IMG/VR virus record: IMGVR_UViG_3300034061_000981
Coordinates: 43,620-107,619 of that record
Reading direction: 5' to 3' (one strand)
DNA length: 64,000 nucleotides
Source: a virus
In this document: piece by piece, positions 10,554 through 20,135 of the stretch
Layout of the letters: each line of letters begins with the position of its first letter
Position numbering within the stretch: the stretch's first letter is position 1
Notes under the pieces: model-generated
Told to the model about the DNA's origin: nothing
Seen by the model: the letters and a program-made list of their open reading frames with translations, nothing else
The model's database searches: none
Made by a program: the position numbers and the translations under genes

Positions 10554-11746
10554 TGAAAAAAGTAGCAATGATTGGTGTTGGCAAATTAGGTCAAGATTGT
10601 GCCGAAGTTATGGCAGATGCAGGAAATGATGTAGTTGGATATGATATTGAAATTAGAAATCCAGCTTTCCCGATGTTACCTACAATAGCTGACGCAGTTA
10701 GAGATAGAGATATTATTTTTATTGCGGCACCTACGCCGCACGATCCTATATATGGTGGCGAAACTCCAACAAGTCATTTACCAAACAAAGACTTTGATTA
10801 TACAATCGTTACCAATATTCTACAAGAAGTTAATAAACACGTTAATAAAAGTCAATTAGTTGTGCTCATCAGTACCGTATTACCCGGAACAGTTCGCTCT
10901 TTACTTGAACCATGTATCACTAACGCACGGTTCATTTACAATCCATACTTAATTGCAATGGGGACTATCAAATGGGATATGGTTAATCCTGAGATGGTTA
11001 TCATTGGTACAGAAGATGGTAGTATTACTGGTGATGCTAGTGAACTAATTGACTTTTATAATGTGTTTATGCAAAACAATCCACGATATGAAGTCGGTAC
11101 GTGGGATGAAGCAGAATCAATTAAGATTTTCTATAACACATTTATCAGTACAAAACTTGCATTAGTTAATATGATTCAAGACGTTGCTGAAACAAATGGT
11201 AATATCAACGTAGATGTTGTTACTAACGCATTGGCTAAATCAACATATAGAATTATGGGTCCAATGTACATGAAGGCTGCATTGGGAGATGCGGGTGCTT
11301 GTCATCCAAGAGATAATATTGCACTACGTTATCTAGCAGAACGACTAGACTTGGGTTATGATTTGTTTGATAGCATTATGACCGCTAGAGAAAAACAAGC
11401 TGAACGTATGGCACAAAAATGCCTACAGTATGGTAAAAATGTTACTATCATCGGTAAAGCGTACAAGCCAGGTGTACCGTATTTAAATGGTAGTGCAAGT
11501 ATGTTAGTTGGTCACTATGTTGAAAAGCATGGTGGCACAGTTCATTATTATGATTTGAATACAGGTGATACTGATTTGCGTGAAGATTGGACTGAAGTTT
11601 ATCTAGTTGGTTACTGGGAAAATTGGGTGGATAGAATCTCATTGCATAATGCAGGATGTGTATTAATTGATCCCTGGAGAAAAGCAGAATCAAGACACCA
11701 CACTGGTGAGATTGTGTATTACGGTAATACTAGAAAGAAAACGTAA
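10553..11746 (+). CDS. UDP-glucose/GDP-mannose dehydrogenase family protein
   Basis: GVGKLG Rossmann motif, APTP, STVLPG, AESIKIFYN, GACHPRD catalytic Cys. Confidence 0.9.
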   Translation: MKKVAMIGVGKLGQDCAEVMADAGNDVVGYDIEIRNPAFPMLPTIADAVRDRDIIFIAAPTPHDPIYGGETPTSHLPNKDFDYTIVTNILQEVNKHVNKSQLVVLISTVLPGTVRSLLEPCITNARFIYNPYLIAMGTIKWDMVNPEMVIIGTEDGSITGDASELIDFYNVFMQNNPRYEVGTWDEAESIKIFYNTFISTKLALVNMIQDVAETNGNINVDVVTNALAKSTYRIMGPMYMKAALGDAGACHPRDNIALRYLAERLDLGYDLFDSIMTAREKQAERMAQKCLQYGKNVTIIGKAYKPGVPYLNGSASMLVGHYVEKHGGTVHYYDLNTGDTDLREDWTEVYLVGYWENWVDRISLHNAGCVLIDPWRKAESRHHTGEIVYYGNTRKKT

Positions 11747-13635
11747 TGAGAATCTCCCGGGAGTTAATGGCAGAGCATACGTTTGTTGCTTTCCCTGAAA
11801 TAAAACAATATGAAAATAATATACACTTTATTGATGCAACCATTGGTAGAAGAGAAATATTTTTAACTAGAGACACTGTTGAAATAGTAAATGAAATAAA
11901 ACAAGCATATAGTCAAGGAAAAACTAAATTTTTCTTTTATATGTTTACCGAAGCGGTGATGTCCCATATTGTTTTTAAAGTACACAGGATAGCTAAGTTA
12001 CTTCAAGATATTATACCTTCTGAAAATTTCTTTTATTTGTCTGGGGCAATTAACGGTGAAGAAGCGTATGAAAAGGTTGCACAACGACACAATTTTACTT
12101 TTAGAATAAGCATATTGTCTGCGTCAATGTTCCATCATTACTTAAAAAAAACAACATTAAGTTACGAAATTGATTACAACATATTTGAAGTTAAAGTAAA
12201 ACCTAAAAAGTTTCTTTGTTTCAATAAACTTGAACGAGAACAACGTTTAAGATTAATTGAACGAATGTTGAAAAATAATTATGTTGATTTGGGATATTAT
12301 TCATTTGAATCATCTAATAGTGATAATTTTAATATAATTGCAAACCGATTAGACCCAACACGATTTCCTTATATAAAAGCAAATAAACATAAGTTCCCGT
12401 TAAGATTAAATATAAAAGAAGATCGTACTAACCCAGTTAATATTATACCGGAAGACTTAGACTATTTTAAGAACAGTTATTTTAGTATTGTAAATGAAAC
12501 AATATTTTACGGTACTAGTAGCTCTAGGACAAATAATTTATCACATCAGCCCAATGCAGAGTATTCAAGTATATTTGTATCAGAGAAAACATTTAAGTGT
12601 TTGGCTCTAAAACATCCTTTTGTTGTTTTTGGCAGACCGGGTTTTATTAAAGGATTACATAAATTGGGATTCAAAACATTTAGTCCCTACATTGACGAAT
12701 CATACGATGATATCGTGGATGACGATGAACGATTTAATAAAATCTTTAATGAAATAGATAGACTAATTAATTTAAGTGATGACGAGTGGTTAGCTTTATT
12801 ACAACACTTAGAACCTATAGTTGAATATAATCACGGTTTATTTTTAGATAAAGAGTTTCACGGTATAACTGAAAATCCAACAAGGTTCTTTGCAGACATT
12901 AAACCAAAAAAACAATTAAAAACATTGAATGAAGTTCTATTAAAAAGTGATTATATAGAATTAATGCCAATTATTGAAATAAAAGATTGGTCAATGCAAA
13001 CTAGAACATTGAACAGTGGAATAGTAGTAGAATATCCAACATATTTAGATGGTGGCGGATTAGAGATGGTTAATGAGTTAGTTAATGTAATTAAAACTAC
13101 GGGTAAATCATCCTATGATAGGGGTTGTGAATGGTGTGCAGGTTTTGGTGTATTGGGCTTTGATGTTTTAGGACTAGGATTAGCAAAGCATATGGTCTTT
13201 ACTGATTACTTTGCAGCCGCAATAGAAAACTGTTTGGCTACTGCTAGTAAAAACAACATAAGTGATAAAGTAACCGGGTATATCTCAGGTACCATCAGGG
13301 GCATACCAAATGAAAAATGGGATTTAGTTATCAGTAATCCACCTCATGTATTTGATAAAGAATATTTTATAGAGACATTACCGGGCGGTAAAGAAAATAA
13401 TCATAACATAGATAATTCTTGTAGATTAATTGTTGACCAAAACTTTGCAATACATAAAGAATTCTTCAAAAACATTAAAGAAAAATTAACTAAAGATGCT
13501 GATGTATATCTCATTGAAGCATTAAAAGATGGTTTTATCAATGAATGGGCAGAACAGGGTGGATTATATGTACATGCAACCTATCCTATAACTGCACTAC
13601 CGCATGGACAAATATTCCATTTCAAGTTGAAATAA
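11746..13635 (+). CDS. GT10-like domain (paralog 6) fused to a C-terminal SAM-dependent methyltransferase
   Basis: FLCFNK..R, SIVNET, SEKTFK, HPF; C-terminal EWCAGFGVLG and DLVISNPPH. Confidence 0.65.
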   Translation: MRISRELMAEHTFVAFPEIKQYENNIHFIDATIGRREIFLTRDTVEIVNEIKQAYSQGKTKFFFYMFTEAVMSHIVFKVHRIAKLLQDIIPSENFFYLSGAINGEEAYEKVAQRHNFTFRISILSASMFHHYLKKTTLSYEIDYNIFEVKVKPKKFLCFNKLEREQRLRLIERMLKNNYVDLGYYSFESSNSDNFNIIANRLDPTRFPYIKANKHKFPLRLNIKEDRTNPVNIIPEDLDYFKNSYFSIVNETIFYGTSSSRTNNLSHQPNAEYSSIFVSEKTFKCLALKHPFVVFGRPGFIKGLHKLGFKTFSPYIDESYDDIVDDDERFNKIFNEIDRLINLSDDEWLALLQHLEPIVEYNHGLFLDKEFHGITENPTRFFADIKPKKQLKTLNEVLLKSDYIELMPIIEIKDWSMQTRTLNSGIVVEYPTYLDGGGLEMVNELVNVIKTTGKSSYDRGCEWCAGFGVLGFDVLGLGLAKHMVFTDYFAAAIENCLATASKNNISDKVTGYISGTIRGIPNEKWDLVISNPPHVFDKEYFIETLPGGKENNHNIDNSCRLIVDQNFAIHKEFFKNIKEKLTKDADVYLIEALKDGFINEWAEQGGLYVHATYPITALPHGQIFHFKLK

Positions 13636-13671
13636 ATTAAGTTTTATAGTATAATTTTAATAGATTAAATA
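13627..13671 (+). promoter_or_regulatory. sigma70-type promoter plus a late-type TTAAATA element
   Basis: TTGAAA-17-TATAAT (13627-13655); TTAAATA at 13665. Confidence 0.45.
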
Positions 13672-13695
13672 CTACTTGAAGTAAGGAGATATTGT

Positions 13696-15978
13696 TTGGA
13701 TTCAAACACCGATTCGAAGGTAGTTCTAAAAGAAAGACCCACAGCAGATGTTGCAGATGAACGTCATCAAGCGATGATGGATGCCATTGCGCCCTATGCT
13801 AAAAAATCTATACAGAAAAATTTAACTCCAGTATATGTAGATTATAAAACACGCAACACAAAAATGGTATTGGTATTGTGCCCTGAATGGTCACCTTACA
13901 TGCCTCCGTTTTCGTTAGCAAAACTATCCGGAATTGCTAAAGCTGCCGGATATGAAACAAATATTATAGATTTGAATGTTAGAGCATACAATGCTCATAA
14001 AAACGATTGGAGACCAAATAACAAATTACCCTTTAGGTTGTGGGATCCAGCCGCAAGTTGGCACTGGTTGGGTGACACGTATTCCAAAGATATTCACCCT
14101 GTACTAGAACCATTACTCTCACAAGCTATTGATGAAATTGTTGCAATGAAGCCTGACGTTGTTGGCTTTAGTGTTTATTACATTAGTGAAGAACCCACTA
14201 AGTGGATGTGCCAAGAGTTAAAGCGTAGACTACCTAATGTAAAGATTGCAGTAGGCGGCCCTAATGTACATAAACATTGGTTTGCAATTCACGATTACTA
14301 TGACTATGTTATTGTAGGTGAGGGTGAAAACAATCTATTAGTCATGCTTGATGAAATTGAAGAAAAGATTGAAGTTCAATATCCACGAGTATTAACACAA
14401 CCTGAAGACCAGCGTATCAATATTAACAATTTGCCGATGCCAGACTATGAAAGTATTGACTTCTCACAGTATGAGATGCCAAATGGTATCAACAGTGAAA
14501 TTAGTCGAGGTTGTACAGCTAAATGTACATTCTGTGAAGAAACACACTTCTGGAAATATCGTCAACGTCAAGCAGTTGATTTGATTACAGAGATTGAGTG
14601 GTTATATTACAATAAAGGTACTGATGTTATTTGGTTTATTGATAGTCTTATTAATGGTAATATCAATGAACTTAGAGCATTTGCATTAGCACTCAAAAAT
14701 AAAAATTTAGAGGTTAAATTTGCAGGTTATGCACGACATGATGGTCGTATGGATAAAGCATACTTGAAAGATTTAGCAGATGGTGGTTGTTTGCGATTTA
14801 ACTTTGGTAGTGAATCCGGAAGTCAAAAAGTATTAGACGATATGGCTAAGGGTGTGACTATTAAAGAGATGGAACAAAACTTTATTGATTGTAAAGAATT
14901 GGGTATAGGAAGCGATACTAACTGGATTGTAGGATTCTCCACTGAGGATTATCAAGACTACTCAGATACAATGACATTACAATGGCGTATGCGTGAAAAT
15001 ATTAGTAACATGGGTTTAGGGGTAGGCTTTGCAGTAGGTCCAGAAACTATTGTAGGACAGAATCCACATAGATTTAATGTTAGCTATCATAAGTATCAGA
15101 ATCATTGGATTACTAATGATTTATCTAAAGGTGGTACACACATTATGATGCGTGTGAAAAATATTCACATATGGGCTGACTTAATATCACATTGCAAAGA
15201 AGGTCCGGCAACCACATATCCAGTTCGTTTCGCACTAGCACAAAAGCATTATAAGATTAAATTTAATGATCCGCTATGCCGTAAAGAGATGAATTATGAA
15301 AAATTTGATTATGATATCATTCCACCGGTAGATCCTAACAATAAATTTGCAAATCAGCTTGTGAATGAAATATGGCCATTATTAAGAAATATTTGGAGAG
15401 CAAGAGGCGGATATGAAGCAGAGATACTTTTTAATCCTGAACTTGATTTAGTAGAATTTGGATCGCAATTTGGTCCGGGTATGTTTAATGCCGTATATAA
15501 GTTTAAGATTAGTGATGATGGAAAGTGGGAAGCAGACTTTGATATGCACTTTAATCAACATATTGATAACCCAGAAGATAATAGATTACCTCCTCCAGAA
15601 GGTCGTAGGGGTCCTTTCTATGCACAAGATTATTCAAGGGCACAATCTAATACAGTTAAACGTGCTAGAAGATTAGCAAAACCAAAATGGTCAGATGAAA
15701 AAGGTCGTAGTGGTCAAGACTTTACTGATTTATTAAATGAAGAAGAATATTTAAATAAAAATATAGATTTTACCTTTGACCTACATTATGTAGGCACTGG
15801 TGATTGGGGTAACTATGCTGATTATGAAGTAAAAGTATCTGATAAGAAACGTGATGCTATTCCTGAAAAAGAAGTAATGTATATACCTAAAGTACCTGTG
15901 TCCCCAGTAGTTCCTGAAATTGCTACAATTGATATTTCTCAGATTAAAAAAAGTAGAAGACCATTGTTTCCAGTATGA
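13696..15978 (+). CDS. B12-binding radical SAM protein
   Basis: PPFSLA, GFSVY, GGPN, RGCTAKCTFC, ESGS; TTG start with AAGGAG SD. Confidence 0.85.
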   Translation: MDSNTDSKVVLKERPTADVADERHQAMMDAIAPYAKKSIQKNLTPVYVDYKTRNTKMVLVLCPEWSPYMPPFSLAKLSGIAKAAGYETNIIDLNVRAYNAHKNDWRPNNKLPFRLWDPAASWHWLGDTYSKDIHPVLEPLLSQAIDEIVAMKPDVVGFSVYYISEEPTKWMCQELKRRLPNVKIAVGGPNVHKHWFAIHDYYDYVIVGEGENNLLVMLDEIEEKIEVQYPRVLTQPEDQRININNLPMPDYESIDFSQYEMPNGINSEISRGCTAKCTFCEETHFWKYRQRQAVDLITEIEWLYYNKGTDVIWFIDSLINGNINELRAFALALKNKNLEVKFAGYARHDGRMDKAYLKDLADGGCLRFNFGSESGSQKVLDDMAKGVTIKEMEQNFIDCKELGIGSDTNWIVGFSTEDYQDYSDTMTLQWRMRENISNMGLGVGFAVGPETIVGQNPHRFNVSYHKYQNHWITNDLSKGGTHIMMRVKNIHIWADLISHCKEGPATTYPVRFALAQKHYKIKFNDPLCRKEMNYEKFDYDIIPPVDPNNKFANQLVNEIWPLLRNIWRARGGYEAEILFNPELDLVEFGSQFGPGMFNAVYKFKISDDGKWEADFDMHFNQHIDNPEDNRLPPPEGRRGPFYAQDYSRAQSNTVKRARRLAKPKWSDEKGRSGQDFTDLLNEEEYLNKNIDFTFDLHYVGTGDWGNYADYEVKVSDKKRDAIPEKEVMYIPKVPVSPVVPEIATIDISQIKKSRRPLFPV

Positions 15979-16565
15979 ACTCGGTAGAACATTTTGAGAA
16001 AATAGTTGCAGAATATTACAATGCACCATATGCGATAGCAACTGATTGTTGCACACATGCAATTGAATTGTGTTTGCGACTTACTGAGCCTGTGTATGTT
16101 AAATGCCCTAATCATACATATCTCAGTATTCCAATGACGTTCAGTAAGTTAAAACTTCAGTGGAATTTCACTGACGAAAAATGGCAAGACTACTACACTA
16201 TTACCAATACTAATATTATAGATGCCGCCGTTTATTGGAAAAAGAATAGCTATATCAGAAACACATTGATGTGCTTGAGTTTTCAATATAAGAAACATTT
16301 GAACATTGGTCGTGGTGGTATGATTCTACTTGACAATACAGAACAGTATGAACAATTACTAAAGATGCGATATGACGGTAGGTTAGACAACATACCCTGG
16401 GCAGAGCAAGACATTGATATAATAGGATATCATTATTACATGACTCCTGAAAATGCTGATATCGGTATTGAGAAATTTAAGACAGCAAGTATAACAGAAC
16501 CTAAACAATGGTCATATAAAGATTATCCTGATTTAAAGAAAATGAAAGTGTTCAATGCTAAGTAA
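15975..16565 (+). CDS. Shortened DegT/DnrJ/EryC1/StrS-family PLP aminotransferase
   Basis: FEKIVAEY, CTHAIEL, IIDAA, SFQYKKHL..GRGG, GYHYYM. Confidence 0.75.
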   Translation: MNSVEHFEKIVAEYYNAPYAIATDCCTHAIELCLRLTEPVYVKCPNHTYLSIPMTFSKLKLQWNFTDEKWQDYYTITNTNIIDAAVYWKKNSYIRNTLMCLSFQYKKHLNIGRGGMILLDNTEQYEQLLKMRYDGRLDNIPWAEQDIDIIGYHYYMTPENADIGIEKFKTASITEPKQWSYKDYPDLKKMKVFNAK

Positions 16566-17526
16566 AAACGAATGGGATCCACTACAATCAGTTATTGTAG
16601 GTATTGCTGATGATGCTAAGATTCCTAAACTTGATACTAGTTTACGTTGTGTAAACTATGCAGACTTACAGTCTACAATACAAGTTGGTAACTATCCGCA
16701 ACAAGTTATTGACGAAGCAAACGAAGATTTAAATAATTTAGTATCATTCTTAGAGGGTGAAAGTGTCACAATATACAGACCTAACACAAAGTTTGTGCCT
16801 GAGTATTATAACTACTGCCCACGTGATACTGTGTTAGTGCATGATGACTTAATATTAACTACACCTAATCCTTTACGAGCAAGACAAACAGAACATCTTG
16901 CTATGTTAGATACACTAAAAGAACACGGTAGTGTTATTACTAAATTGCATTCTGGTCATGAAAGTCTGTACAATACAAATTGTGTAGGTAATCCAAATAT
17001 ACTTGCATTGAATGAGACTGAGCCTGCGTTTGATGCGGCAAACATATTGCGTTCAAATGATGATTTGTTTTATCTAGTAAGTAATAGTGGTAATAAAGCT
17101 GGCGCTAAATATCTGCAAGAATTATATCCTGATAAGAAGGTTCATACGATTGAAGGTGTGTATAGTTATATGCACTTAGATAGTACAATTGCATTATTGC
17201 GTGAGGGATTGATGTTACTGAATCCTGCACGTATTAAGAGTATTGAACAACTACCCAAACCATTGCAATCATGGGATGTTATTTGGGCGCCCGAGCCAGT
17301 TGATATTGGTCATTACCCGGGATACTGCAATGCTAGTACATGGGTAAGTATCAATTTGTTTAGTGTTAATCCTAACTTAGTTATAGTTGAAGAACACCAA
17401 AACAACTTGCGTAGTGAATTAGAAAAATATAATATAGAATGTGCTATGTTACCAATGCGTCACGCACGAACACTGGGAGGATGCTTTCATTGTGTAACAC
17501 TAGATTTAATTAGGAATCATGTATGA
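16555..17526 (+). CDS. Amidinotransferase (glycine/inosamine-phosphate, StrB1-like)
   Basis: NEWDPL, CPRD, FDAAN, HLDST, GGCFHCVTLD. Confidence 0.9.
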   Translation: MLSKNEWDPLQSVIVGIADDAKIPKLDTSLRCVNYADLQSTIQVGNYPQQVIDEANEDLNNLVSFLEGESVTIYRPNTKFVPEYYNYCPRDTVLVHDDLILTTPNPLRARQTEHLAMLDTLKEHGSVITKLHSGHESLYNTNCVGNPNILALNETEPAFDAANILRSNDDLFYLVSNSGNKAGAKYLQELYPDKKVHTIEGVYSYMHLDSTIALLREGLMLLNPARIKSIEQLPKPLQSWDVIWAPEPVDIGHYPGYCNASTWVSINLFSVNPNLVIVEEHQNNLRSELEKYNIECAMLPMRHARTLGGCFHCVTLDLIRNHV

Positions 17527-19295
17527 AAGAAAAATGGAAAAGAGGTCATTTTGGAAGATTCTGGGACCTTAATGAGTTTAAAAAATTTGATTATGTTCGT
17601 CAACCCATTACTGCTGAAGAAGTAGCTGAGTGGGAATCACAGGGCTATGACCATGTTAAAAGTTTTACTGGTCAAATGTATGACAATAGAAACCCTATGC
17701 CTGATTGGATACAAACCTTTAAGGGTCTTTTTCTTACGTATAAAAATATGACATTTACTTTCTATAAGATGAGTACATTAGAAATAATGCCAGAGCACTC
17801 AGATCATTATAGAACGTATATAAAAATGTTTGATGCTAAAAGTGAAAATGTTCATCGTATTTTAGTAATGCTTGAAGATTGGAAACCGGGTCATTATTTA
17901 GAAATTGATGGGGTTGGGATTACCAATTGGATTGCAGGAGATTACTTTATGTGGCGCGCCGATTGTAAACATGCCGCCGCAAATATAGGCATAGAAGATA
18001 GGTATACATTACAAATAACATGTGAAGAAGTTGAAATTACTGACACATGGAATACGTTACATTGGTATAATATTCCCGATATGATCTCTAGGGATAGTTC
18101 TTATCTATATTATATGGATCGCATTTTAAGTTTTATACCAAAGGATATTAGTACTAATCCAATGTTCATTTATATGTTTAACGAAAACATAAATGAATTA
18201 GAAAATATAACACATGATGACTTTGCTATAAATGAATTAAACAATAAAGGTTTAACAATTTATTTAACGGAACCTTTATGTAGCTATCTAGTAGGAGCCC
18301 CACAATGGCATCCACCTAAAGGAACTAAACATAATATGATGTTTTACTCTGAGTTTGAAGGTTTTGAACGCCCCCAACAATTTAGAGCAGATGAATTGGA
18401 TAGCATTGAAAGATATGTAATTAGAAATCAATTAACAAATGTAAAAGTTTATACATGTGACTATGATGCAAAAAAATGGTATCCGTACTATTCAGATTTT
18501 ATGCAAATTGGTTATGATGATTTGTTTGTAAAATCTGTATTACCTAAAAAGATTTACAATCCAGAAGTAGAACCTAATTTTACTAAAAAATTTATTTGTT
18601 TAAATTGGAGATATACTCCACATAGACAAATGCTAGCGGCATATGTCGCTCCCCTATCAAGTCATGTCAGTTGGTATTTTAGAGGCGAGTTGGGAATTGT
18701 GGGACGGCAATATTGGTGTGATATATTTAACATTCAAATGCGTGACCCGGAAGTGTTTGGTAAATTAATAGCCGGTGTCGAATATTTAAATATACATTCT
18801 CCTATGAATGTTGATTTAAATCTTACAGAACCAGTTACTATATTACATTCATATTTTAGACATTGCATGCCTAATGGCACACTATTTGACCATACTAAAG
18901 GTGAATTAGATGAAAATAAGATGGAAGAATCATATAGAGATGTGTTTTGCGATATTGTTACTGAATCAAGATTTGCACAACCAACCGGCAATTATAGCGA
19001 AAAAACGTTTCACCCTATGTGGTTTAAGAAGCCCTTTGTGTTGGCTGCACCTCCTAACACATTAAAGTTATTAAAAGAGCATGGCTTTAAAACATTTAGT
19101 GATTTTTGGGATGAGTCATATGATTCAATTACTATACACGAAGAACGTTTATTAAAGATTTTTGAAGTAATTGATTTTATTAATAATAAATCAATAGAAG
19201 AACTACAAGAAATGTATGTTCAAATGAAACCAATATTAGAACACAATTACAATTTAATAAAAGAAAAATTACCACCAATTGGGATACAAAAATGA
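17523..19295 (+). CDS. 2OG-Fe(II) oxygenase-like domain fused to GT10-like domain (paralog 7)
   Basis: PEHSD...HAAANIG..RYTLQIT; C-terminal FICLNWRYTPHR, DIVTES, SEKTFHP, KPF. Confidence 0.65.
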   Translation: MKEKWKRGHFGRFWDLNEFKKFDYVRQPITAEEVAEWESQGYDHVKSFTGQMYDNRNPMPDWIQTFKGLFLTYKNMTFTFYKMSTLEIMPEHSDHYRTYIKMFDAKSENVHRILVMLEDWKPGHYLEIDGVGITNWIAGDYFMWRADCKHAAANIGIEDRYTLQITCEEVEITDTWNTLHWYNIPDMISRDSSYLYYMDRILSFIPKDISTNPMFIYMFNENINELENITHDDFAINELNNKGLTIYLTEPLCSYLVGAPQWHPPKGTKHNMMFYSEFEGFERPQQFRADELDSIERYVIRNQLTNVKVYTCDYDAKKWYPYYSDFMQIGYDDLFVKSVLPKKIYNPEVEPNFTKKFICLNWRYTPHRQMLAAYVAPLSSHVSWYFRGELGIVGRQYWCDIFNIQMRDPEVFGKLIAGVEYLNIHSPMNVDLNLTEPVTILHSYFRHCMPNGTLFDHTKGELDENKMEESYRDVFCDIVTESRFAQPTGNYSEKTFHPMWFKKPFVLAAPPNTLKLLKEHGFKTFSDFWDESYDSITIHEERLLKIFEVIDFINNKSIEELQEMYVQMKPILEHNYNLIKEKLPPIGIQK

Positions 19296-20050
19296 AAGAA
19301 AAAATATTATTAATTGCAGGCTGTAGTCATGCCGCCGGAAGTGAGATTGACGGGAGTGAGGATAGTGAATACAATAGACACCACTGTTTTGGTAGTGAGT
19401 TAGCATCAAAATTAGGTCGTAAACCTATCAATATGTCAATTGCAGGCAATACTAATAGTGGTATAGCAAGAAGTATACTTAAGTGGTTTTCTGCAAATTA
19501 TAACCCTAAAAAGATAGATGTTATAGTATTAGTAGCTTGGACTGACAGTACACGAATGGAAGCCCCTGTAACAGAATTATGTAATCCTCCCCAGCCTTGT
19601 TACGCTAATTGGCTCGATATAACCTGTTCTAACTTTTTTAGGTCAACTATGGGTTATGAAGGTGATAAAAACAAACCCGGCGAAGTTGAAAGAATAAAAA
19701 GCATACAAAGATTTATAGCAGAAAATGAACAAATGGTTGAAATTATGTCTATAAACTATGTATTACAAATACAATATTTTTTACAATCAATAAAAGTAAA
19801 TTATTTGATGTGTAATACAATGCCTATATTTATGGACCATACCAAGCATTTGGGATATTATTTAAATCTTATTGATGCGACTAAATATTATGGTATATAC
19901 AACAGTGAAGAAGCATTTTTTCCTAAATATAGAAAAGAAGGCTATGTCAATCCAAAAGCAAAATATTGGCATCACGATGAAATCCCACATCAACTGTTTG
20001 CAGAAGAATTATACAACTTTATACAGGAGAACAAAAATGTTCATAGTTAG
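19292..20050 (+). CDS. SGNH/GDSL hydrolase-like protein
   Basis: GCSHAAG, NMSIAGNTN, C-terminal WHH..PH. Confidence 0.55.
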   Translation: MKEKILLIAGCSHAAGSEIDGSEDSEYNRHHCFGSELASKLGRKPINMSIAGNTNSGIARSILKWFSANYNPKKIDVIVLVAWTDSTRMEAPVTELCNPPQPCYANWLDITCSNFFRSTMGYEGDKNKPGEVERIKSIQRFIAENEQMVEIMSINYVLQIQYFLQSIKVNYLMCNTMPIFMDHTKHLGYYLNLIDATKYYGIYNSEEAFFPKYRKEGYVNPKAKYWHHDEIPHQLFAEELYNFIQENKNVHS

Positions 20051-20135
20051 ATGGTTTAAAAATTTAGTTAGAGAATACAAGTACCGCAAGCGCATTAAAG
20101 AATTACGCAAACGAGATCCATTTATTTACAAATGA
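20037..20135 (+). CDS. 32-aa basic peptide ending DPFIYK, coupled to the carbamoyltransferase
   Basis: AGGAG SD at 20025, ATG 20037, ATGA overlap with the next gene. Confidence 0.65.
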   Translation: MFIVRWFKNLVREYKYRKRIKELRKRDPFIYK

